Shown: positions 1-8,180 of the stretch, piece by piece
Numbering within the stretch: position 1 is the stretch's first letter
Layout: each line of letters begins with the position of its first letter
Source: an uncultured Bacteroidales bacterium
Lineage (GTDB): Bacteria; Bacteroidota; Bacteroidia; Bacteroidales; WCHB1-69
NCBI GenBank assembly: GCA_937892025.1
Contig: CALAVA010000042.1
Span: 739-64,738, forward strand
DNA: 64,000 nt
Direction of reading: 5' to 3'
Made by a program: the position numbers and the translations under genes
The notes under the pieces: model-generated
What the model was told of the DNA's origin: nothing
The model's database searches: none
What the model saw: only the letters and a program-made list of their open reading frames with translations

Positions 1-19
1 TAACTTACTTAAAACATTT

Positions 20-331
20 ATGATTAAGAAATTCACTTTGTACCTTGGTCTGAATGACAAGGACAGCAAGCAGCAGGAAGTGTGTACGATAGAGGCTTAC
101 AAAATCGTATCTAACCTCATTAGTGCAGACTTTGACGGCGGCACAATCTTTGAGGCGAAGGGCATCTATAAGCACGAGGATGGCACAATCGTGTCGGAGA
201 CCACTTTGCGTATCGAGTTGCTATTTGCAGAGCAGCAGCAAGTCCGTGCTTTGTGCAGCACTCTCAAGAAGATGTTCAATCAGGAGAGCATCGCAGTACA
301 GGAAGAAGTAATAAACAGTCAACTTTGGTAA
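20..331 (+). CDS. hypothetical protein (103 aa)
   Basis: ORF-track ORF, ATG start, first of a co-oriented tightly packed array; no motif recognised. Confidence 0.5.
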   Translation: MIKKFTLYLGLNDKDSKQQEVCTIEAYKIVSNLISADFDGGTIFEAKGIYKHEDGTIVSETTLRIELLFAEQQQVRALCSTLKKMFNQESIAVQEEVINSQLW

Positions 332-479
332 ACAGGGTGAAGTGTGTGCGTGTTGCATAAAGTTATTCAGATAGCCGCCTAAATCGTGGCGGAGGAAGGG
401 ATGTGCAGCACTGCAAACGTGTCGTGACGGCACACACTACAAAGATTTATTCACTAACTTAAAATAGGAGGAAATTCAA

Positions 480-653
480 ATGATTTATGTATTTAATCTG
501 GGCACGAATGTAGTGTGCCTGACGGTTGAGGGCAAGACTGTCCGCAACGTCGAAACTGGTGCCGTGGCTGAATTGCAGCACGGGGAGAGTATGGATTGGC
601 TGCTCGCTTCTTGGGGAGCAACCGAGGTAAATAAGTACGAATATAGCAAATAA
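480..653 (+). CDS. small hypothetical protein (57 aa)
   Basis: ATG at 480 preceded by AGGAGG at 467-472; reads through to TAA 651-653; below the ORF-track size cutoff. Confidence 0.4.
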   Translation: MIYVFNLGTNVVCLTVEGKTVRNVETGAVAELQHGESMDWLLASWGATEVNKYEYSK

Positions 654-667
654 TAGGAGGGCACGGC

Positions 668-868
668 ATGAAGAAATATGTGCTATGTGTCTGCGAGCAC
701 ATCAAGCAGTGGACACTTATGACGAGAGAGAATTATACTGCATACATCCGCAACGCACGGGAGATGTGGACTTTTGAGGGCTGCAACGGCTTCGAGAGCA
801 CGGATGACGTGCTTGCATACGTGGAGCAGTATTTTAAGGTAAGCAGGGGAAATATAGAAATCGTTTAA
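668..868 (+). CDS. hypothetical protein (66 aa)
   Basis: ORF-track ORF; AGGAGG at 655-660 just upstream of the ATG. Confidence 0.5.
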   Translation: MKKYVLCVCEHIKQWTLMTRENYTAYIRNAREMWTFEGCNGFESTDDVLAYVEQYFKVSRGNIEIV

Positions 869-888
869 TCAATAAAACTAACAAAACT

Positions 889-1065
889 ATGAAGTACAAA
901 GAACTGAAAGAGAAGGCTCGCCAACTCGCTATTGAGTGGCAGGAGTACGCAAGCGAGTACGATATGTCTTATGCCGAACTTGCATCATGGTGTGACTATT
1001 TCTATCGCCTTGGCAAGAAGTACGGATTATTGGGCGAGTTTAGGGAAAACGCTATCCCGTGTTGA
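889..1065 (+). CDS. small hypothetical protein (58 aa)
   Basis: ATG 889 to TGA 1063-1065 read by hand (MKYKELKEKARQLAIEW...); fills the gap between flanking genes. Confidence 0.4.
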   Translation: MKYKELKEKARQLAIEWQEYASEYDMSYAELASWCDYFYRLGKKYGLLGEFRENAIPC

Positions 1066-1108
1066 AAAAAACTATTCACTAACTTACTTAAACACTTAAA
1101 CAATTTTT

Positions 1109-2365
1109 ATGGCAATCAAGATTAAAAACGCCACAACTGGCGAAATTAGAGAGATTAAGAACACAGGTATGACAACAGAGGGCAACCTCTATGTTTTGGC
1201 ACAGTCACTCCCCGGGAATCGGTGGCGTGAGAACAATCACATGTGTGTCCTGACAGGCAAGGACTTCGGAGGCGGCTCGTACACGAAGTATGAGTTCACG
1301 CTGGTAGAGGGTTGGGAGACTACGACCACGGCACCCACACGGGCACGAAAGGTGCAGCCGAGGGTGGAGCAGCCTCAACCAAAACAGGAGGAGCCGCAGC
1401 CTCAACGAGTGCAGCCCGTGGATAACGTGGATGCCACGGCACTCATGATAGCACAAGCCCTGAAGGGTCTGAAGGTGCAGCAGGAATCCCCAATTAGCCG
1501 TGAAGAGTTGCAGAAACTCATTGCGGAGGAGGTAGAGCGTATTTCTTCCAAGATGAAGAAGATGGAGTTTGAGGTGAAGAGCGAGAAGGGCACGTTTAAG
1601 GTGGACGGTGTGCAGCATCATAAGTTCCAAGACGTGTGCACCCTCATTGCCAACGGCGTAGATGTATATCTTTATGGACCAGCAGGCACGGGAAAGAGTG
1701 ACCTCGCCGTGAACGTGGCAAAGGCACTCGGGCTGCAAGCCTACCAGATAGGAGCGGTGAAGGATGTGTACCAATTACGTGGCTACGGTGATGCGACTGG
1801 AAATTACGTTCCCTCTTCGTTCTACCACGCATTCACGGAGGGTGGGTTGCTCATCATTGACGAGGCGGATGCGATGGACAGCGAAGCCTCGTTGGAACTC
1901 AACGGTGCTATGGCACAACGTACCTACGACTTCCCAATCGTGGGCAACAAGCAGGCACACAAGGACTTCCACGTTATCATGACGGGCAACACATGTGGCA
2001 CGGGTGCAACTGAGGAGTACACGGGTAGGCAGATGCTGGATGCAGCCTTGTTGAATCGTGTGTTCCTCGTCGAGATTGACTACGACAGGAACATCGAGGA
2101 GGCTATCGCAGGCGAGGACATGAAGGACGTTGTGGACTTCGTACATGACCTCCGTGACGCTGCCAAGGCTGCCAACATCCTTATTGTGGTATCGTATCGT
2201 AATATCAAGCAGTTGCGGCAACTCTGTAACGTGGTGGGCATTGATACCCTCATACAGGGATGTATCACCTTTGGCATGGGCAAGGACGAAATCAACATCC
2301 TATACAACGGATTGAGTGACAAGTACAGCCGTTGGGCTAAGGCGTTGAAGAAAGCAGCAGCATAA
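1109..2365 (+). CDS. AAA+ ATPase (MoxR/CbbQ/AAA_5-like) with a Pro/Gln-rich N-terminal linker
   Basis: Walker A GPAGTGKS and Walker B LLIIDEAD in the C-terminal half; PQ-rich linker VQPRVEQPQPKQEEPQPQRVQP. Confidence 0.75.
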   Translation: MAIKIKNATTGEIREIKNTGMTTEGNLYVLAQSLPGNRWRENNHMCVLTGKDFGGGSYTKYEFTLVEGWETTTTAPTRARKVQPRVEQPQPKQEEPQPQRVQPVDNVDATALMIAQALKGLKVQQESPISREELQKLIAEEVERISSKMKKMEFEVKSEKGTFKVDGVQHHKFQDVCTLIANGVDVYLYGPAGTGKSDLAVNVAKALGLQAYQIGAVKDVYQLRGYGDATGNYVPSSFYHAFTEGGLLIIDEADAMDSEASLELNGAMAQRTYDFPIVGNKQAHKDFHVIMTGNTCGTGATEEYTGRQMLDAALLNRVFLVEIDYDRNIEEAIAGEDMKDVVDFVHDLRDAAKAANILIVVSYRNIKQLRQLCNVVGIDTLIQGCITFGMGKDEINILYNGLSDKYSRWAKALKKAAA

Positions 2366-2422
2366 CATAACAAACGAGGGTGGTGGGATATTCCCACTAC
2401 CCAACACAAAAAAAAAGAAAAG

Positions 2423-3292
2423 ATGGAAATGGAAACAGTTATCAAGAAATTCAATACCCTCCACGAGTACAACCAATATCTTGAACGTGGCGAGACTCTG
2501 GAGTGTTTCAAGTATTATGCGAGCAGCCAACGTGACCTGACCAGCGGCACTGACAGATACACAACGAAGCGTCGCAAGTGGGTGGGCACCAACACCTACG
2601 ATGAGGCAACAGACTTGATGTTACACGGTGACAGGAGTCTTGCAAAGAAGGTGGAGAACGCAGGTGTTGCAACGGCACGGGTGAAGGTGAACGCAGCACG
2701 ACCACGGGCAAAGGTGGTACGTTCTATGGGCGGATTCATGCCCAATATCCCCGCTTATCTTTCCAACAGCAAGAAACAGATGTGGCGGATGCAGAAGCAG
2801 GAGGTGAAGCAACGGGTGATGACAATCGTGTACAACGCCAGTGTATATGCAGGCACGGAAGCTGACGAGGTAATCGAAACGTCTTCCAAACTTGTGCAGA
2901 CGGTGATGAAGATAGAGGCGAGCGGCACCCGTGTAAATCTTTATTGTGCCAATCTGACTGCAACCAATATACCCCGGAACTGGAGGACAGATACTCCACG
3001 GAAAGTGGTGGGCACGTTGGTAAAAATCAAGGACAGCGGACAATATCTTGATGTGTTGAAGATGTGTTACCCCCTCATTCACCCTTCGATGCACCGCCGC
3101 CAGCACTTTAGGATGCTGGAACTTGACAGCGACAAAGACTTCACATACTGCTACGGCTACCCCGTGCAATATGGCAAGGCGGTTGACGAGGCGGTGCAAG
3201 AGTGCGGACTGAGAAACGCCACGGTCGTGTCTTTCTACGAGATAAACGGCAAGAGCCAAGACGAGATTATTAACCTTATAACAAAGAAATAA
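2423..3292 (+). CDS. hypothetical protein (289 aa), possible partner of the AAA+ ATPase
   Basis: Long ORF immediately downstream of the ATPase; no MIDAS or other motif recognised. Confidence 0.55.
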   Translation: MEMETVIKKFNTLHEYNQYLERGETLECFKYYASSQRDLTSGTDRYTTKRRKWVGTNTYDEATDLMLHGDRSLAKKVENAGVATARVKVNAARPRAKVVRSMGGFMPNIPAYLSNSKKQMWRMQKQEVKQRVMTIVYNASVYAGTEADEVIETSSKLVQTVMKIEASGTRVNLYCANLTATNIPRNWRTDTPRKVVGTLVKIKDSGQYLDVLKMCYPLIHPSMHRRQHFRMLELDSDKDFTYCYGYPVQYGKAVDEAVQECGLRNATVVSFYEINGKSQDEIINLITKK

Positions 3293-3293
3293 T

Positions 3294-3638
3294 ATGAATG
3301 ATTTGACAAAGTATGTGGGTGCACTTGTAAGTGTCTCCACAAAGTACGGCACGGAGTACGGGATGGTGGACGGTGTGTTCTGTGACCAGTTAGGCTTCGT
3401 GTCTGGAAGCGACACGGAGTGGGACACACGGCTCGTAAACGTGCAGGATGTGCAGGAATGCACGACGGATGATGAACGCACAAAAGCACGTCAATCTGCA
3501 ACGTGGTACTACACAAACGAGATTGACAGTTTGCAGCGACGAATCAAGATGCAATACAAGAATGATGACCCGAAGAAGTTGCAGGATATGCTGACCAACT
3601 GCCTAAAATGGTTCGGCGGTTTGCAGGGTGTTCACTAA
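3294..3638 (+). CDS. hypothetical protein (114 aa)
   Basis: ORF-track ORF starting 2 nt after the previous stop. Confidence 0.5.
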   Translation: MNDLTKYVGALVSVSTKYGTEYGMVDGVFCDQLGFVSGSDTEWDTRLVNVQDVQECTTDDERTKARQSATWYYTNEIDSLQRRIKMQYKNDDPKKLQDMLTNCLKWFGGLQGVH

Positions 3639-3766
3639 TCACACGGGCGGCGTTCACACACAACACCGGGTGCTGACTGACCTAATGAGCCAGACGGAGC
3701 GGAGTGAGACCGCTGCACCCACAAAGAGATATTATCACTTTTTATTCACAACTAAATTTACAGATT

Positions 3767-4243
3767 ATGAAAGCAAATGAATTTAGCAAAAAAGTTCTTG
3801 ATGGACTGACAGCCATCAAGGAGCGGATGCCAGAACTTGAAGCGATGGCAGAAACAAAGATGCAGTGCAAGAACGTATTTAACTACGCTGCATGGTGCGA
3901 GCACAATTTTGAGCGAAACCTTGCTGACAGGTACGAACGCAAGACCACGTTCACCAGCGACTTCTCAATAGCGGAATGGTGCGAAAGCGTGGAACAAGGT
4001 GCGGTGCTTGACACGTTCAAAAGAGCAGTCATAGAGTGGAAGGACAATATCACCTACTTTGCCGAGTTGGTGATTGTGCTGAACATGAAGTGCTGGGAGC
4101 ATCATGCACGGAATAATCACGGATGGGTGGAGTTGTACAGCGACTTGTACTACTTTGCAAAGGACTTGTATTTTGATTGGTTCGATGATGAGAACGAGAA
4201 GCACGACGAGGCGATTAACTACTATTACGACTATGTGGACTAA
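3767..4243 (+). CDS. hypothetical protein (about 158 aa)
   Basis: ORF-track ORF 3704..4243 begins at a GTG; the first ATG (MKANEFSKK) at 3767 follows the conserved intergenic element. Confidence 0.5.
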   Translation: MKANEFSKKVLDGLTAIKERMPELEAMAETKMQCKNVFNYAAWCEHNFERNLADRYERKTTFTSDFSIAEWCESVEQGAVLDTFKRAVIEWKDNITYFAELVIVLNMKCWEHHARNNHGWVELYSDLYYFAKDLYFDWFDDENEKHDEAINYYYDYVD

Positions 4244-4334
4244 CGTAATTATTACGATTGTACTGACCGCCCTTTGTGGGTGGTCGGTAGAAAAGAAAAG
4301 AATTAACAACAACTATAAATAGGAGGACAGAACT

Positions 4335-4562
4335 ATGACTACAAAGGAATTAAGACAGAAGGTAGACGTGCGTCACGCACATGGTTACGGTCAGTATCGT
4401 GTCACGATTAACTACCGTGGCAAGTATTATACTTGTTACAGCAACAACACGCTGGCATGGGACGACCTTGGTGCAGTCAATTTCCGTGCGTATTACACGA
4501 CGGACAAGCAGTGCCTGATGGCATTCTGGAACGAGTGTAAAAGAAAGAACGACTTAGACTAA
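4335..4562 (+). CDS. hypothetical protein (75 aa)
   Basis: ORF-track ORF; AGGAGG at 4321-4326. Confidence 0.5.
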   Translation: MTTKELRQKVDVRHAHGYGQYRVTINYRGKYYTCYSNNTLAWDDLGAVNFRAYYTTDKQCLMAFWNECKRKNDLD

Positions 4563-4568
4563 ATTGTT

Positions 4569-5384
4569 ATGAAGAATTATTGCACATACATACGTGTTTC
4601 GACCCAGAAACAAGGCAAATCTGGGTTGGGTCTGGATGCACAAAGAAAGATGTGTGCGGACTTCATTGCGGCAAATGGTGGTACACACGTTCACGAGTTC
4701 ATCGACGTTGAAAGTGGTACGCATCGTGGAAGGAAGGGCTTGCAGGATGCAATTACTTTCTGCAAGCAGCAGGGATGCCCGTTGGTCATTGCCAAACTCG
4801 ACCGTCTCGCCCGTGACGTGGAGTTCTGCTTCAAGGTCATCAATACTGGAATCGAGATTCACTTCGTGGACATGCCACAGATAAACACGCTGCTGCTTGG
4901 TGTGTTCGCATCGGTGGCACAATACGAGCGTGAACTTACAAGCGACCGCACGAAGAAAGCACTTGCCGTAAAGAAATCGCAAGGCTGCAAACTTGGGGCG
5001 GCGAACGAAAAGTACCGCCAGCATTACGATAGCCTGACGACTGAAGAGAGGATGTCGATTGGTAGCAAGAGGGGATGCACGAGAAACAAGCGACATCTTG
5101 AAAGCAGGGACATACAAGCCATGTTCCGTATATTGCGGAGGGTCTTCCCTGAACAGACCAAAAGCGACGAGCCGACGGATTGGGACTGGAAGAACATCAA
5201 CAGCAAGAACGGCGTGACTGAAACCATCTACAAACTGATGGAGGACTATCACGCTATGGACGAGACAGGGCAGACGTTCAGACGCTGGACGTTTGACCTG
5301 ACGGACAAGATTGAGATTCAGCAGAAAGTAGGGTCTTATCTTTTCAAGATAAAATATTCAATAAACAAATCTAAAAATTATTAA
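4569..5384 (+). CDS. small serine recombinase (resolvase/invertase-type N-terminal catalytic domain)
   Basis: N-terminus YIRVSTQKQ...GLGLDAQR and later DRLARD and QYERE motifs typical of the resolvase catalytic domain; the C-terminal about 120 aa are atypical. Confidence 0.8.
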   Translation: MKNYCTYIRVSTQKQGKSGLGLDAQRKMCADFIAANGGTHVHEFIDVESGTHRGRKGLQDAITFCKQQGCPLVIAKLDRLARDVEFCFKVINTGIEIHFVDMPQINTLLLGVFASVAQYERELTSDRTKKALAVKKSQGCKLGAANEKYRQHYDSLTTEERMSIGSKRGCTRNKRHLESRDIQAMFRILRRVFPEQTKSDEPTDWDWKNINSKNGVTETIYKLMEDYHAMDETGQTFRRWTFDLTDKIEIQQKVGSYLFKIKYSINKSKNY

Positions 5385-5530
5385 CGATATGGAAAAAATG
5401 AGAAACTTTGTAAACCGCTACATTGCGGAAGAGAACGAGAAATTCACGAAGGATGAATTCGGATTTGCAGTGGTGGTGACTTGCATACTGAGTGCGTTAC
5501 TTTTCGCCTGCTGCGTGTTCTAACTTCTAA

Positions 5531-5590
5531 AGAATATTCAAGAATATTCAAGAATATTCAAGAAAAATCAAGAAAAATAAAGAAAAATAA
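5531..5590. repeat. six tandem 10-bp units (agaatattca x3, agaaaaatca, agaaaaataa x2)
   Basis: Read directly; exact 10-bp register over 60 bp, A-tract rich. Confidence 0.9.
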
Positions 5591-5603
5591 AGGAGGATAA
5601 AAG

Positions 5604-5693
5604 ATGCTTACACTTATCATCATCATCGGCATGATTGGTTCTATCCTTGACGGTTCGCTCATCCGCATGGGTGGACGTGGATTCAGAAAGTAA
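5604..5693 (+). CDS. 29-aa hydrophobic micro-protein (MLTLIIIIGMIGSILDGSLIRMGGRGFRK)
   Basis: ATG 5604 preceded by AGGAGG 5591-5596; one predicted TM segment plus a basic tail. Confidence 0.35.
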   Translation: MLTLIIIIGMIGSILDGSLIRMGGRGFRK

Positions 5694-5782
5694 CCAACAC
5701 ACACAGGGTGTCGCCGTTTCAGACGTATGCCGCAAGTGCAGCGGCACCCACAAAGATTCATTAACTTAAATTTTTACATCTT

Positions 5783-6259
5783 ATGAACACTTACTTTGAC
5801 AACTATGTGAACGGCTTAACAAAGAAACAAGCATTGTTCGCAAAAGAAGCAGTAGAAGCCTACCTCGCAGGGCAGAAGGCTGAAGTGAAAAAAATTCAAT
5901 CGGCGACGGACGTATATCAACTGATGCGTGGGATGGCTGACTACACAGAGGAGGTCTTTGCTGTTGTGTATTCTAACAACGCTGGCAAGGTCATCCAGAC
6001 AAAGGAAATAGCCAAGGGCGGATTGACGAGCACGATAGTGGACGTTCGAGTGGTATATCGTGAAGCCCTTCTGTGTAATGCAACAAGAATTTTTGCCGTA
6101 CACAACCATCCCTCGGGAAGCCTGCGACCCAGTCTTTGTGATGATGAACTTACCAAGAATTTGGCACAGGCGGGGCAGGTGCTTAACATCCGTATGCTTG
6201 ACCATGTGATTATCTCCAATGAGGGGTATTATTCATATTCAGATGAAGGACGCATCTAA
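5783..6259 (+). CDS. radC: RadC-like JAB/MPN domain protein
   Basis: JAMM motif HNHPSGSLRPSLCDDELT near the C-terminus; RadC-like length. Confidence 0.8.
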   Translation: MNTYFDNYVNGLTKKQALFAKEAVEAYLAGQKAEVKKIQSATDVYQLMRGMADYTEEVFAVVYSNNAGKVIQTKEIAKGGLTSTIVDVRVVYREALLCNATRIFAVHNHPSGSLRPSLCDDELTKNLAQAGQVLNIRMLDHVIISNEGYYSYSDEGRI

Positions 6260-6351
6260 CACGCACACACGCATAAACTAATAATTAAATATATAAATAT
6301 AATAATATAATAACATTAAAACGTATAAACGAAATTAAGGAGGACTTAACT

Positions 6352-6714
6352 ATGAAAGAGTATCAAATCGCAGAAATCGTAACCCCTTACAGTTATGAGG
6401 AAGAAGAAAAGGAGTTGAAAAACACGCCACAACACGTGCAGTATTGGAAAGGCAAATATCCAGATGCCGTCATCTTGTTCCGTTGCGGTGACTTCTACGA
6501 GTCTTATTGTCAGGATGCACAGACCTTAAATAAGGTGGTAGGGGTGCCGGTGACACGGATGAAGGGCAAGAACGCCTATAACATTGCTAAATTCCCATAC
6601 TATGCACTTGACACGTATCTGCCGAAGTTGATTCGGGCAGGTAAGCGTGTGGCGATTTGCGACCAGATTGAAGAACCTAAAAAGAAAACAATTACAGAAA
6701 CTTTTACTAAATAA
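6352..6714 (+). CDS. standalone MutS domain I (mismatch-binding domain)-like protein, 120 aa
   Basis: TP..VQYWKGKYPDAVILFRCGDFYESY..DA...L...VTRM....IAKFPY.ALDTYLPKLIRAGKRVAICDQIEEP is collinear with the MutS N-terminus (TPMMQQY..FYRMGDFYELF..DA....MAGIPYHA...YL.KL...G..VAICEQ). Confidence 0.7.
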   Translation: MKEYQIAEIVTPYSYEEEEKELKNTPQHVQYWKGKYPDAVILFRCGDFYESYCQDAQTLNKVVGVPVTRMKGKNAYNIAKFPYYALDTYLPKLIRAGKRVAICDQIEEPKKKTITETFTK

Positions 6715-6724
6715 CAATTGAACT

Positions 6725-6907
6725 ATGATTACAAAAGAATTTACACAAGAGCAAATTAACTTGCTTGTTGTGTCCGTGCTGGCTAAATTGTCACAGAACA
6801 ACAAAGCACTTGACTTGCTTACCAACGGCGGTGCCCATGCGGCAATCGGCGAGGAACAGAGAGAATTAAAAGAGGTGTTGGGAATCTTAACAAGAAAGGA
6901 GAACTAA
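6725..6907 (+). CDS. hypothetical protein (60 aa)
   Basis: ORF-track ORF, tightly packed. Confidence 0.45.
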   Translation: MITKEFTQEQINLLVVSVLAKLSQNNKALDLLTNGGAHAAIGEEQRELKEVLGILTRKEN

Positions 6908-6909
6908 CT

Positions 6910-7056
6910 ATGACAGAACTTGAACTTGAATCCTTCTGCGATAAGCATCCTAACTGTGACTGCAACTGCATAAGGTGTGTGGGATTTGCAGCGTATCAGA
7001 GAGAAGAACTTGGGTTTAACGATAAAGACGAAGACGACGATGAAAGTGAAAGGTAA
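6910..7056 (+). CDS. small Cys-rich, acidic-tailed protein (48 aa)
   Basis: ATG 6910 to TAA 7054-7056 read by hand (..CDKHPNCDCNCIRC..DEDDDESER). Confidence 0.35.
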   Translation: MTELELESFCDKHPNCDCNCIRCVGFAAYQREELGFNDKDEDDDESER

Positions 7057-7306
7057 TTTTATCTGCTATGGCAATTACGTTGATGTACATGGCAACAAAA
7101 ATGTATATTTGGGAATTAACAAGAATAATTACTTCGTTGCCGATGAAGGCGATGGAATGTACAACGTGTTTGCTTATGCCGACTTTGACGAGGAAGGCTA
7201 TTATACAGACCACAACGGAGAAGATGGCTACCACATCAGCGACTTTGACATCGTGTTTGAATGCAGACACTTTGAAGATGCTTGCAGGTGGATAGACCAA
7301 CAATGA
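7040..7306 (+). CDS. hypothetical protein (88 aa)
   Basis: Internal ATG (MKVKGNFICYG) of ORF-track ORF 6977..7306; overlaps the previous small ORF. Confidence 0.45.
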   Translation: MKVKGNFICYGNYVDVHGNKNVYLGINKNNYFVADEGDGMYNVFAYADFDEEGYYTDHNGEDGYHISDFDIVFECRHFEDACRWIDQQ

Positions 7307-7330
7307 AGTTTAACTTAAAAAAGAAAAAAA

Positions 7331-7549
7331 ATGAAAGCAAAAGACTTATTGAAAGCCGCCTTTGTGATACGCAAGGGCAGAGTTTATCAAGATATTGTAT
7401 GGAACGTAGAGGAAGGTGAAATTAAACCTAATGCTTCATACATACAGACATTTGACAAGTACACAACATTTAGTGGAGGTAATGTTTTCCCCGACGTTAC
7501 TTTCAAGACAACGGCAGGGGCAACAAGTTATTTATATAAAGTCGATTAA
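7331..7549 (+). CDS. hypothetical protein (72 aa)
   Basis: ORF-track ORF. Confidence 0.5.
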   Translation: MKAKDLLKAAFVIRKGRVYQDIVWNVEEGEIKPNASYIQTFDKYTTFSGGNVFPDVTFKTTAGATSYLYKVD

Positions 7550-7561
7550 GGAGGATTTGGT

Positions 7562-7792
7562 ATGACAAACATTGAAAGGGATGTGGCACGTTCCACAATC
7601 AGAATGAACAAAGCAGTTGCGAGCCATCTTGAAGAAATAGACTGGGAGCAGCGGCGGTATGAGATAGCAAAGGAGGATACCAATGTGTCTGCAAAATGCA
7701 ACAATGGTTATATTGAATGGTGGCAAACTGCCCTATCCGTTTGGAAAGACGATAGCCAAGGACGCTATTGGCTTTGCGGACGCATTAATTAA
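7562..7792 (+). CDS. hypothetical protein (76 aa)
   Basis: ORF-track ORF; AGGAGG at 7550-7555. Confidence 0.5.
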   Translation: MTNIERDVARSTIRMNKAVASHLEEIDWEQRRYEIAKEDTNVSAKCNNGYIEWWQTALSVWKDDSQGRYWLCGRIN

Positions 7793-8154
7793 AGAACTGA
7801 AAGGAGAATGACGATGGAAGCAGGAACAAGAAAGTATTGCTGCATCTGCGGCACAAGGTTCTTCGGTGGGGGCACAACCCCTACCCGGTTCGGGATGCAG
7901 GATATTGCTGCGACACTTGCAACTATGAAAGAGTCTTGCCAGCGAGAATCAAAATGACAAATAAGAAATAGAGCCATGTTCACTAATCACAAAAACACGT
8001 TCACACCCAACAAATCGCCCACAAACGGCTTGCTACGGCAAGAAATGTGGTTGGGTGGTCAATTATACTGCCGAACAAGAAAAAGCGTCTGTGTGCCGTT
8101 TGGTGCATGGATGAAAAAGTATTAAGAAAGATTGTGTTATATCAAAAAAATTAG

Positions 8155-8162
8155 TAATTTTG
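8155..8162 (+). promoter_or_regulatory. Bacteroidetes-type -7 promoter motif TAATTTTG
   Basis: Matches TAnnTTTG; about 19 nt upstream of ATG 8181. Confidence 0.5.
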
Positions 8163-8180
8163 CAAATTAAAATAAAGTTT

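Noticed and set aside
1205-5252. Long antisense or alternate-frame ORFs (for example 1205..1774 -, 1775..2221 -, 2621..3481 -, 4554..5252 -)
   Set aside because: They fully overlap sense-strand ORFs with recognisable domains (AAA+ ATPase, serine recombinase). Their products are Cys/His/Arg-rich and of shadow-ORF composition.
6260-6351. AT-rich stretch (taataattaaatatataaatataataatataataac) as an origin or repeat array
   Set aside because: It shows only loose ATAATA periodicity, with no flanking iterons or initiator gene. It is most simply an AT-rich intergenic leader with a strong AGGAGG.
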